Part shown: piece by piece, positions 41,117-51,210 of the stretch
Position numbering within the stretch: position 1 is the stretch's first letter
How the letters are laid out: the number at the start of each line of letters is the position of its first letter
Source: Chlamydiales bacterium
GTDB taxonomy: Bacteria > Chlamydiota > Chlamydiia > Chlamydiales > JAAZZY01
DNA length: 64,000 nucleotides
Assembly: GCA_965206695.1 (NCBI GenBank)
Contig: CBDBKM010000007.1
Location: forward strand, 33,239 to 97,238
Direction: 5' to 3'
The notes under the pieces: generated by a model
Database searches by the model: none
The model's input: only the letters and a program-made list of their open reading frames with translations
What the model was told of the DNA's origin: nothing
Position numbers and translations under genes: made by a program

Positions 41117-41222
41117 TACTCTTCGCTACTGAAAGGTACACAAAAAAGTATAAATATGGTATTAGTTTTGTATGAACCAATTAACTCCACATCAAAGAAG
41201 TACTTTTCAGTAGCGAAGAGTA
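41117..41222. mobile_element. 106-bp fold-back made of two inverted IS630 lineage-D left ends
   Basis: Perfect 18-bp IR TACTCTTCGCTACTGAAA (41117-41134) / TTTCAGTAGCGAAGAGTA (41205-41222); the interior is the lineage-D 5' region. Confidence 0.85.
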
Positions 41223-41224
41223 TA

Positions 41225-41920
41225 TTTAGAGGCACGATCAACAATAGATACAATCGATCCTTAGTGATTGTTACCTATGATTGTATCTCATTCGAAATCT
41301 CTTGTTCTTGTTTTTCTATCGACAATGCAAGGTCTTTCGTCAATATCAATCCTATCGGAAATACATCCTCGACCTGATGTAAAAGATCCTCATCTTTTAT
41401 ATTTTCTGCCTTTGTGTCTTAAATTTGTATATAAACACCTTCCTTTCAGCGTGTCTTCCCAAATATATTGATAGATACTTTCATGGATAATAAGTACACC
41501 ATCCGTTTTTAACAAGCCTATTATTTGACTAGGACTCCATTGTAATAATAATCTATTTTCCGGTTTAAAAAGCATCGCAGCGTGCATTTTTTTAGTTTGA
41601 CGGCAAGTTATCGATCGTCGTTCTTCAGATTTTTTTTGTGCTGAAAACTAAATATATTGTCGGCCATCGCTATTTCTTTTTAATTCTCGATAAACGGTAG
41701 ACCCGGTTACTTTAATTTTTTGCCGATGCAGCTAATTGAATCTCCTCTTTGTTTTAAAGGATCTATTTGGCATCTTTGCTCATAGGTTAAATGTCGCTAA
41801 TCTTTAGGCATAAAAATCCCTCCATAATATTTTTTATCAAAAATTTACTATAGAGATTTTACCGGCATTCGACTATTTTCCAATACTTCCTATTTGTTGC
41901 ACTTCGATGTTGAAAGGGCC
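41225..41920 (-). mobile_element. IS30 family remnant (5' half)
   Basis: Homologous to 24335-25372; left end GGCCCTTTCAACATCGAAGTGCAAC; WSPSQI, HESIYQ. Confidence 0.88.
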
Positions 41921-41921
41921 G

Positions 41922-42096
41922 GTTTTTCGGAATGTGTCTATCGGGGCTCTTTTTTTCAAAAAAAATATTTCTATTATTATTTTGTTAATATTTTTTTAAT
42001 TATTTATCCGTTCTATTAAACAACGCGACTATCTTTTGTTTCCCATACATCTTAAACAGGTTAATTCTAGAGGGTTAAAATTTACCTGTGTAGTTC
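41922..42096 (+). repeat. ~175-bp non-coding element, copy B (upstream of the 716-aa orphan)
   Basis: Reverse-complement homolog of 27558-27731; contains the imperfect IR ACAGGTTAATT-N12-AATTTACCTGT. Confidence 0.9.
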
Positions 42097-42167
42097 CAAT
42101 TATAATCGTAAACTTAACAATCTATTAATTAATTTATTTTATAATATATTAAAACAATATTAAAATC

Positions 42168-44318
42168 ATGACAATACAACAAACTATGATGCAAAACTAT
42201 TCTATAGCCCCTCCTGTATGCCTAGTTCATACATTTCAACTACTTGATAAAGAGCTTCAAACAGCAATTACAAATCAAGATTACCGGGAAATTCAAAAGA
42301 TTTTTGATGAAAATCCGGACTTTAATCCAACCTCTATACATCTGGATTTCGCTATAATTAAAGACCACACATACTATAAAAACTGTGTACAAGTTATTTT
42401 AGAAAAGTATCCGATAGATTTAACAACTGATCAATTTGATAAAATTAATTCATTAAATATCAAAGATAGAGATACAAGTAATGACATATATGATTTCACC
42501 TTCACGAAGTATAAAGGACCTTTTTTGCTGAAGCATTTTAACTTGGATTTCAAGAGGGCTTCGCTTAAACATATTAAGTTGATTCTTAAAAATCTTATAG
42601 AACCTTTAACGCATGATGAATTTATCACTCTTTCTTTAGTGTCACACTCGTTTCCTACGGATAAGTTCTGTGATGCTGAAACCTTCTCGCTATTTTTTGA
42701 TAAGTATGAACAAGTATTAGATGCTGATGACTTACAGAGGGTTATGGATTCAAATTGTAAGAACCGTCTTAAAATATTTTTAAAAAACTATAAGGGACTT
42801 ATTAATGACGAACACGTGTTAAAAATAATTCTAAAAATGGATACTGAGCTTATTATGTTAATGATTAAATCAGATCCGACTATTAGGCAAAGATTAAGCT
42901 CATCGATTGATTTAACTGAGTTATTAAATAAACCAAACCATAATAACTTAACTCCTCTTCAGAGATTAGCCAAGTTAGGTAAAATAAAAATAATTAAAGC
43001 TCTTTATCCAAAAAGATCAAATACACCGGATAAAGCATTCCTTAAAAGACTTCAAGATTCTTGTTTTATTGACGGAGAAGAAGTTGCTATTCAAGCATTA
43101 TCTGAAAAAGATGCTTTTAAACGCCCATATCAAGTGGCTCAAGTTGGCTGTGATACTAAAGTAAAACTTCAGGACGGTAGAATAGTTACTTTTAGAGGAG
43201 TCGAGGCAGAAGACGCGCATAAAATAATCGAACGTACAAATACTAACCCTTTCTCTGAACCTTATAATATTCGCTCTCCGGTAGATGAAAAAATTCATAC
43301 TTTAAGAATTCATATGGGGGGTGGACATTACTTTCTTACATTTAAAACCCCATTACTCGGATATGATGTAACAGAAGGATTGTATCCGGGCAGCGACAAC
43401 AAACAAAAAGAGCAAATCGAAGAACCACATGATTACTCTTTAAAATTTAAAAGCAGTGAGCGGATTAGGATTAGTACACAGTCAATTCAAAAAGGAAATC
43501 AAATAGGAAAAACGGCTTTATCTTTCGGTAAAATGGGAATACATTCAAAATTCTTTCCTCAGTCAATTCTTAGTTTAGGATCATCAACTGTTTTAGACCC
43601 ATTGTCAAAACTTCAAATAGAAACATCAGGAATAGCCTCCGACTTAGCTGAGAAGATGCCCTGGCAGATGCTCTTCATCAGACAGAAAGGAATCATTCGA
43701 GATGACGAGACCTTCATCCACGATTGTGAGGTTAGTGCAGAATGCCCTGCGATTACTTTTCATCTGGATAGCACGCAAATGCAACAAGCTCTTACGTATG
43801 CAACAAGAATTAAACAGGCTTGTTTGGATGGCGATATAGATGAATGCGGCTATTCGGGAGTATTTAGAAATTGTATTGATTTCGTCTCTGAAATTGCTGA
43901 AGAGGCCGGTATTGAAAACCCACTACCTTGTTGGGTAGATGGCAATGAAGTGAGTAATACAAGAATTGCTCATTTCTGGGAAAGATTCTCTAGAATGGGA
44001 ATAGTTAATTTAGTTTCTCAAGATTTTTTAGGACGTAATATTTTAGGAAAGACAACTATAAAGGTTGATGATTTGGTCAATCAGCTACTATCCAACAATC
44101 AACCTCCTTCCTTATCGGATATGGCTCTTGCTTCTGCAGCACTTCCTTTTTCCCCGTCAATTAATCATAGTAATTTAGCCTTACGAATAAATCATTGTCC
44201 TGATGGAGCCGGTAATTCAAATAATGCAAATATAATGGTAGGCTTAGCAATATGCCCTATGATTCTTTTACTAACAGTGCTCTTTGCCTTTATTTATAAA
44301 AAATTGCGTTTTGCATAG
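42168..44318 (+). CDS. Orphan 716-aa candidate effector: helical/ankyrin-like N-half, putative permuted papain-like (His...Cys) domain, C-terminal TM
   Basis: NLTPLQRLAKLGKIKIIKAL (ankyrin-like); GGGHYFLTF...GLYP and YSGVFRNCIDFVSEIAEEAG; hydrophobic C-terminal tail followed by YKKLR. Confidence 0.6.
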   Translation: MTIQQTMMQNYSIAPPVCLVHTFQLLDKELQTAITNQDYREIQKIFDENPDFNPTSIHLDFAIIKDHTYYKNCVQVILEKYPIDLTTDQFDKINSLNIKDRDTSNDIYDFTFTKYKGPFLLKHFNLDFKRASLKHIKLILKNLIEPLTHDEFITLSLVSHSFPTDKFCDAETFSLFFDKYEQVLDADDLQRVMDSNCKNRLKIFLKNYKGLINDEHVLKIILKMDTELIMLMIKSDPTIRQRLSSSIDLTELLNKPNHNNLTPLQRLAKLGKIKIIKALYPKRSNTPDKAFLKRLQDSCFIDGEEVAIQALSEKDAFKRPYQVAQVGCDTKVKLQDGRIVTFRGVEAEDAHKIIERTNTNPFSEPYNIRSPVDEKIHTLRIHMGGGHYFLTFKTPLLGYDVTEGLYPGSDNKQKEQIEEPHDYSLKFKSSERIRISTQSIQKGNQIGKTALSFGKMGIHSKFFPQSILSLGSSTVLDPLSKLQIETSGIASDLAEKMPWQMLFIRQKGIIRDDETFIHDCEVSAECPAITFHLDSTQMQQALTYATRIKQACLDGDIDECGYSGVFRNCIDFVSEIAEEAGIENPLPCWVDGNEVSNTRIAHFWERFSRMGIVNLVSQDFLGRNILGKTTIKVDDLVNQLLSNNQPPSLSDMALASAALPFSPSINHSNLALRINHCPDGAGNSNNANIMVGLAICPMILLLTVLFAFIYKKLRFA

Positions 44319-44633
44319 AATGAAGGAACATCTGATTAACTCACCTTACGCAAAATCAAGTAGCATGTAATTTTTTCAATTCATAAAAGGTTACCTGATT
44401 TGCCTTGATTAACAATTTCTGTTTAAGAGCGAAATGATTTAAGTGGGGGCCTTTCTAACTAATTGTGTAAATTATCATGCTTAATATATACACATAATTT
44501 CTGAAGAGTTGAAAATATATGTTAACTTTTTCTATACTACCGGACATGAAATATTTTTTAGATCCAACAGAACGCGAACGGCTTTTACAACAGCATAAGT
44601 ACGAGAGAGACAAGAGGATTTGTGATCGTATTA

Positions 44634-45568
44634 TAGTATTTTAATTTTTATTTGATAATATGTTATCCTTCTTTTTTTATACAAACAGTAAGGACAAAAC
44701 AATGCCTAGAGCCTATTCAGTAGATCTTCGAGAGAAAGTATTACAACATATAGAAAAACATCATGATAAAAAAACAGCCGGCCATATTTTTCAAGTAGGT
44801 ATCGCAACAATATATCGATGGATCTTGCAAAAAAAGCAAAAAGGACATTTAAAGCCAATCCGCAGAAAATATGCTTATAAGAAATTAGATGATGAGTTGT
44901 TATCTAAATATGTAGAAAAACATCCGGATTATTTTTTATCGGAAATTGCTGATTATTTTTCAGTCACTCCGCAAACGATTTTTTATGCCCTTAAAAGATT
45001 AAAAATTACACGAAAAAAAAAACTACTCGCTATAAGGAAAGAGATGAAAAGAAACGGGAAGCTTTTATGAAAGATTTAAAAAATATTCCCTTTGACAAGA
45101 GGATTTATCTCGATGAAACCGGGATTCATCAATTTTTATTTCGTGAGTCCGGAAGAAGCTTACGCGGCAAAAAAGTTTTTGGAGCGGTTTCAGGAAACCG
45201 CTTTATAAGGCAAAATATTATTTCAGCCCTATCTAAAGGGCAGTTTTTATCTCCAATGTGTTTTGAAGGTACTTGTAATACCGGGTTATTCAATATTTGG
45301 CTTAAGGAAGTTTTGACTCCTCAGCTTACACCCGGTAGTGTTCTTATTCTTGACAATGCCGGTTTTCACAAGTCAGCGGAAAGCAGGAAAACAGTAGAAT
45401 CTGCCGGTTGTAAGCTTATGTTTCTTCCTCCCTATTCTCCGGACTTAAATCCTATAGAAAAATATTGGGCTAATATGAAAAATAAAGTTAGAGAGATATT
45501 ACGAAAAGTTACGAATTTTAAATTCGCCATTGATCAAGCAATCTTATCAATATAAAATTAAATGACTA
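44634..45568 (+). mobile_element. IS630 family element (ISY100-like), copy 3
   Basis: 935 bp, TA duplication 44632-44633/45569-45570. Confidence 0.97.
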
Positions 45569-45782
45569 TAAAGCTGTATTGTTATATGATGAAGGTTGGA
45601 GTTATAAAAAAATAGCACACGCTTTGTTTATTACTCATGAAGCAGTACGTCAACATACATTAGACTATGAAGCAGATAGGAAGTTGGTCCCTGAAAACGG
45701 AGGTTCTTCAAGTAAACTTAATCCGGTCTGTCGTGATATGCTGATTCATCATCTAAAAGAAAATATCTATACTCATCACGAA

Positions 45783-46865
45783 TAAACCTCCGGATATTTT
45801 GTATTCGTATAGTGTAAATTATTTTGTATGAATTCATTTTTAACACTATCAGAAGAAAAGCATCTCAGACAGCAACATAAACGAGAAAAGAATGGTCGTA
45901 TACGAGATCGTATCAAGGCTGTTCTATTGTCGAATAAAGGTTGGAGTAATACTCGTATTGCTGAAGCTGTGCTTTTAGACGATGAAACAGTGTCTCGTCA
46001 CATTAAAGAATATCAAAATAAACAGCAATTGCATGTAGAAAGCGGTGGTTCAGTCAGTAAACTTCTTGCGCCACAGTCAGAAGAATTCATTAAACATTTA
46101 ACAACTCATACCTATGTCAAAGTAGAAGATATCTGTTCTTATGTTCTCGCGAAATATGGCATTGTTTATACGATTTCAGGGATGACTTCTTGGCTACACT
46201 CACATGGTTTTTCCTATAAAAAGCCTAAAGGTACACCGGCTAAGGCAAATTCTGATCAACAAAAAGCTTGGATGCAATTTTACGCCAAGCTTATGGCATT
46301 TCTGCCTAAAAATGAGCCTGTTGAATTTGCTGATGGTGTACATCCAACTATGGCAACTAAAATTTCTTATGGTTGGATTCGACCGGGAACAGATAAATTG
46401 ATTGCAACAACAGCTTCTCGTACTCGAATGAATCTTATGGGGTCTATCAATTTAAACAGTATGAAGGTAACAATAGATGCTTATGAAACATTAAATAGCG
46501 GTACCACGGCAAAGCATTTTGCTTTGCTACGGTCAAAATACCCCTCAGCTCCAAATATCCATCTTATTTTAGATCAAGGCCCTTATAATACAAGTATTCA
46601 GACCAAACAAGAAGCAGAAAAACAAGGTATTATTCTCTATTATTTACCTTCTTACAGTCCTAACCTCAATCCCATTGAACGATTATGGAAAGTGATGAAT
46701 GAATATTGTCGCAATAATCGGTTTTTTAATTCTGCTAAAGAATTTCGGAGATCGATTACCGGATTTTTTGAAAATACTTGGCCCTCTATTGCTCAATCAA
46801 TGAGGAAACGAATCAATGATCATTTTCAAGTCTTAGAATCGGCACTTTGATTCATAAGGGGTATA
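45783..46865 (+). mobile_element. IS630 (lineage C) with an intact single-ORF transposase (45828-46850)
   Basis: HTH plus FADGVHP, ILDQG and LPSYSPNLNPIERLW motifs. Confidence 0.92.
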
Positions 46866-46961
46866 AACAGCTATTCAGATCTTTTAAAAAGGCGTATTAC
46901 TGATAACTTTAGAGTTATAAAACCACCCCCATTTGTCAATTCTTCAGCTTAAATGGGTATA

Positions 46962-49268
46962 TATACATAATTTTTGAAGGCTTGAAAATATTTTTTCATT
47001 ACTGTACACTTTGTACTATGAAACATTTTTTGGATACAACAGAACGACACAGACTCCTCGAACAACATAAGTATGAAAGAGACGGGCGGATTCGAGACCG
47101 TATTAAGTCTGGATTACCGTATGACGAGGGTTGGAGTTATAAAAAAATTGCACACGCTCTATTTATTAGTCATGAAGCCGTACGTCAACATACTCTGGAT
47201 TATGAAGCAGATAGAAAACTTGCTCCTGAAAATGGCGGTTCTTCAAGTAAATTGACTCCTGCTTGCAGCAAATTACTAATAGCACCTTTGAGGGAAAATA
47301 TTGACACATCTGCGAAAGAAATCGTAGTCCTTGTGAAAGAACTCTTCGATATAAATTATACTTTGTCAGGAATAACACAATGGTTGAAAAGTAATGCTTT
47401 GTCCTACAAAAAGCCTGCTGTTTTTCCGGGCAAAGCCGATTCTAAGGCTCAGGAAAAATGGATACGGTATTATTATTGGTTAAAAGAAAAGCTTTCAGAC
47501 AGTGAGGCCATTTGTTTTATGGATGGAGTACATCCGACACATAATACAAAACCCGCTTATGGCCGGATAAAAACCGGTATCAACTGCACTATTCGGACTA
47601 ATACCGACCGTCAACGAATCAATCTTTCCGGTGCGATTGATATTGAATCTAAGAAGGTTGTTATTATGGAAGACCAAATGCTTAATACTGATTCCACCAT
47701 GCGTTTTTTAAAAAAGCTTGAATTATCTTATCCTCACAAAGATAAGGTGTACTTATTCTGTGATAATGCACGGTATTACCGTAATAAAACAGTGCAGGCA
47801 TTTTTAAAAGATTCAAAAATTGACATGCAGTTCTTACCGCCTTATAGCCCTAATTTTAATCCTATTGAACGATTATGGAAGCTGATGAATGAACAAGTCA
47901 TTAATAATACATATTATCCGCAATTCAGTGATTTTAAAAACCGGATCTTAGGGTTTCTGAATACATTTGCAAATCCGCTTAATGGGTGTGTTGCGATCTA
48001 ACAGATTTTTAGGATTTAGCAATGAAAAAAAACAGATTGGATTTTAACCGTTTATTTTAGAAGCTTTTAAAGCTATTTATAGGAGTTTGCTGTTGCAAGC
48101 CGGAAAATTTGACGGAACATAGACATAGCTATCCTTCAATTTAAACAAACATTGGGAAATTAAGCACCAATAAGCGTTTTAAATTAAAGCTTATCGCTTG
48201 CATAAAGGCCGAAAATGGGTTCTTAACAACACCCCGATAACGGATGCGCTTAGGATCCTGAGAAAACACTCGCTCATAGGGCGGCGAGCGTAAACCACTA
48301 TACCATCGATCGCAGTCTTTATTCTTTTCCTTCATATTACGTTTCTTAATAGCCGCTAAATGACATGTACGTTTAGCGGCAGCTTGCTTAGCCGGATTCG
48401 TACAATAACCTTTATCTGCATAAATGGCTCCTTGAGTAGGACAGACATGTTCCAAACCTTGAGCATCTGTTTTAGTACCCGGTGTAATGGCTACTTTATT
48501 AATTAAACCACTTTGCATATCTACACTGATATGTTTTTTATAACCGTACCAAAATTTATCATTACCCTTACAACCAATACGGGCTTGTCCGTCGCCGGCA
48601 ATCTTCGGTAGTACCTCATTATTTAATTTCTCGTATTTGGTTTGTAGGGCTTTATCTCGTTCTTTCCATAAATTGGCTTTAGCAATCAAATGAGTGACGT
48701 CTACGAAGCTAAAACCCTCATTCATCACTCCTTGGTTGCTTAGTTGATCTCTTAAGTCAGCAAAAATTTTGGATAGGATCTGTGTCCCTATTTTGTGCCT
48801 AACTTTACAAAAAGTGGTATGATCAGGAGTATTTTCTCTCAAACTAAAGCGACAAAACCACTTGGCTGCAGTATTCTCTTGAATGTAGCGTTCCGGCTCT
48901 CGATCGCTTAGATTTTCCATGAACTGAAGACGTAAGCATTTAAATAGTCGAAGAAGTCCGTGTCCTTTATAAGGATTATTTTTCTCCAATTGCTTTAACC
49001 TTTTCTCTACAGATTTAAAAGACCAAATTTGATCGAATTTACGATAATTATGCGTTGCGGGAATTAAATCTTCTAAACGGATCATTTCAATTTAATTCAT
49101 CACACCTCTCCTTTAAAAAAAAAGCATAACAGCTTTTTAGAAAAATAGTCACTCAGATTTCAACAGTCCCTTAATAAGTATTCGAATATTTTAAAAAGAC
49201 GGATTAAGGATAATTTTCGACTTATAAAACCGCACCAATATTATCAACTCTTCAGCTTAAATGCGTAT
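46962..49268 (+). mobile_element. IS630 (lineage B) copy 2, interrupted near its 3' end by IS5
   Basis: Transposase from ATG 47018 with FMDGVHP, CDNARY and PYSPNFNPIE; the frame resumes after IS5 (NPLN|KYSNILKRRIKDNF). Confidence 0.9.
47984..49170 (-). mobile_element. IS5-family element with transposase 48141-49085
   Basis: Imperfect IR GGGTGTGTTGCGATC / GATTTCAACAGTCCC, TTAAT duplication (47979-47983, 49171-49175), DUF772-like N-terminus, WYGYKKH, ADKGY. Confidence 0.92.
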
Positions 49269-49296
49269 AAACGGTTATTCAATAATGATGACAAAA

Positions 49297-49403
49297 TATA
49301 TGCTCATTCACATTGGAAGCCGAGCAGGATTGAGTTCCATCACTTTCCAAAACCTTTCTATTGCATTTAAATTGGGAGAATATGGGGGCAAATAGACAAG
49401 CTT
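49297..49403 (-). mobile_element. IS630 (lineage D) 3' remnant
   Basis: Reverse complement reads KLVYLPPYSPNLNAIERFWKVM, followed by the right end seen at 22320-22362. Confidence 0.8.
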
Positions 49404-49405
49404 TA

Positions 49406-50984
49406 TAGTCGTTTAATTTTACATTAATAAAACCGCTTGATCAATAGCGAATGTAAAATTCGTAACTTTTTGTAATATCTCTCTAACTTTATTTTTCATA
49501 TTAGCCCAATATTTTTCTATAGGGTTTAAGTCCGGAGAATAGAGCGGAAGAAACATAAGCTTACAACCGACAGATTCTACTGTTTTTCTGCTTTCCGCTG
49601 ACTTGTGAAAGCCGGCATTGTCAAAAATAAGAACGCTACCGGGTGTAAGCTGAGGAGTCAAAACCTCCTTAAGCCAAATATTGAATAACCCGGTATCACA
49701 AGCACCTTCAAACCACATTGGAGACAAAAACCGCCCTTTATAGTCATTTAATTTTACATTGATAAGATTGCTTGATCAATGGCGAATTTAAAATTCGTAA
49801 CTTTTCGTAATATCTCTCTAACTTTATTTTTCATATTAGCCCAATATTTTTCTATAGGATTTAAGTCCGGAGAATATGGAGGAAGAAACATAAGCTTACA
49901 ACCGGCAGAGTCTACTATTTTCCTGCTTTCCGCTGACTTGTAAAAACCGGCATTGTCAAGAATAAGAACACTACCGGGTGTAAGCTGAGGAGTCAAAACT
50001 TCCTTAAGCCAAATATTGAATAACCCGGTATTACAAGTACCTTCAAAACACATTGGAGATAAAAACTGCCCTTTAGATAGGGCTGAAATAATATTTTGCC
50101 TTATAAAGCGGTTTCCTGAAACCGCTCCAAAAACTTTTTTGCCGCGTAAGCTTCTTCCGGACTCACGAAATAAAAATTGATGAATCCCGGTTTCATCGAG
50201 ATAAATTCTCTTGTCAAAGGGAATATTTTTTAAATTTTTCATAAAAGCTTCCCGTTTCTTTTCATCTCTTTCCTTATAGCGAGTAGTTTTTTTTTTCGTG
50301 TAATTTTTAATCTTTTAAGGGCATAAAAAATCGTTTGCGGAGTGACTGAAAAATAATCAGCAATTTCCGATAAAAAATAATCCGGATGTTTTTCTACATA
50401 TTTAGATAACAACTCATCATCTAATTTCTTATAAGCATATTTTCTGCGGATTGGCTTTAAATGTCCTTTTTGCTTTTTTTGCAAGATCCATCGATATATT
50501 GTTGCGATACCTACTTGAAAAATATGGCCGGCTGTTTTTTTATCATGATGTTTTTCTATATGTTGTCATACTTTCTCTCGAAGATCTACTGAATAGGCTC
50601 TAGGCATTGTTTTGTCCTTACTGTTTGTATAAAAAAAGAAGGATAACATATTATCAAATAAAAATTAAAATACTATAGACAGAGCTGAAATAATATTTTG
50701 CCTTACAAAACGGGTGCCTGAAACCGATCCAAAAACTTTTTTGCCGCGTAAGCTTCTTCCGTTCCAACGAAATAAAAATTGATGAATCCCGGTTGCATCG
50801 AGATAAATCCTCCTGTCAAAGGGAATATTTTCTAAATCTTTCATAAAAGCTTCCCGTTTCTTTTCATCTCTTTCCTTATAGCGAGTAGTCTTTTTTTTCG
50901 TGTAATCTTTAATCTTTTAAGGGCATAAAAAATCGTTTGCGGAGTGACTAAAAAATAATTCGCAATTTCTGATAAAAAATAATC
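49406..50984 (-). mobile_element. Older diverged ISY100-like IS630 copy, 5'-truncated and split by copy 4
   Basis: 49406-49740 and 50676-50984 join at a TA into a continuous diverged copy of the 935-bp element. Confidence 0.92.
49741..50675 (-). mobile_element. IS630 family element (ISY100-like), copy 4, with a nonsense mutation in orfA
   Basis: 935 bp, TA duplication 49739-49740/50676-50677; TTA>TGA at 50566-50568. Confidence 0.96.
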
Positions 50985-51036
50985 GCCCCGGCTACTTGTA
51001 GTTCCTTGATCTAAAAGAAAAAATGTATTTCTTCAT
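50975..51036 (-). pseudogene. glpK: 5' remnant of glycerol kinase
   Basis: ATG 51036; after correcting two single-base insertions it reads MKKYIFSLDQGTTSSRAIIF, the diagnostic GlpK N-terminus. Confidence 0.85.
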
Positions 51037-51128
51037 AAGTTATAGAAGCCACATGCTACGGGTTACCCTATTAAACCTAAGTTTTAAAATCATAATTAAG
51101 AATTTGATTTTTAATTAAGTGCTTCAAT

Positions 51129-51160
51129 TAATACATTATAAAATATTTTATAATGTATTA
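51129..51160. promoter_or_regulatory. Perfect 32-bp palindrome between the divergent glpK relic and comEC
   Basis: TAATACATTATAAAAT|ATTTTATAATGTATTA; carries TATAAT on both strands. The function is inferred. Confidence 0.55.
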
Positions 51161-51210
51161 TTAATATCGGATTTATATAAAGTTGATGTTTTTATTTTAA
51201 ATTTAATTTT

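Larger units (their letters stand above)
44487..46960 (+). mobile_element. IS630 (lineage B) copy 1, interrupted by two other IS630s and internally deleted
   Basis: ATG 44546 MKYFLDPTERERLL...DRIK|AVLLYDEGWSYKK continues after the 935-bp IS; the 3' end (46866-46960) matches 49176-49268. Confidence 0.85.

Noticed and set aside
40969..41377. ORFs 40969-41253 and 40979-41377 as genes
   Set aside because: Chimeric frames crossing three different IS remnants
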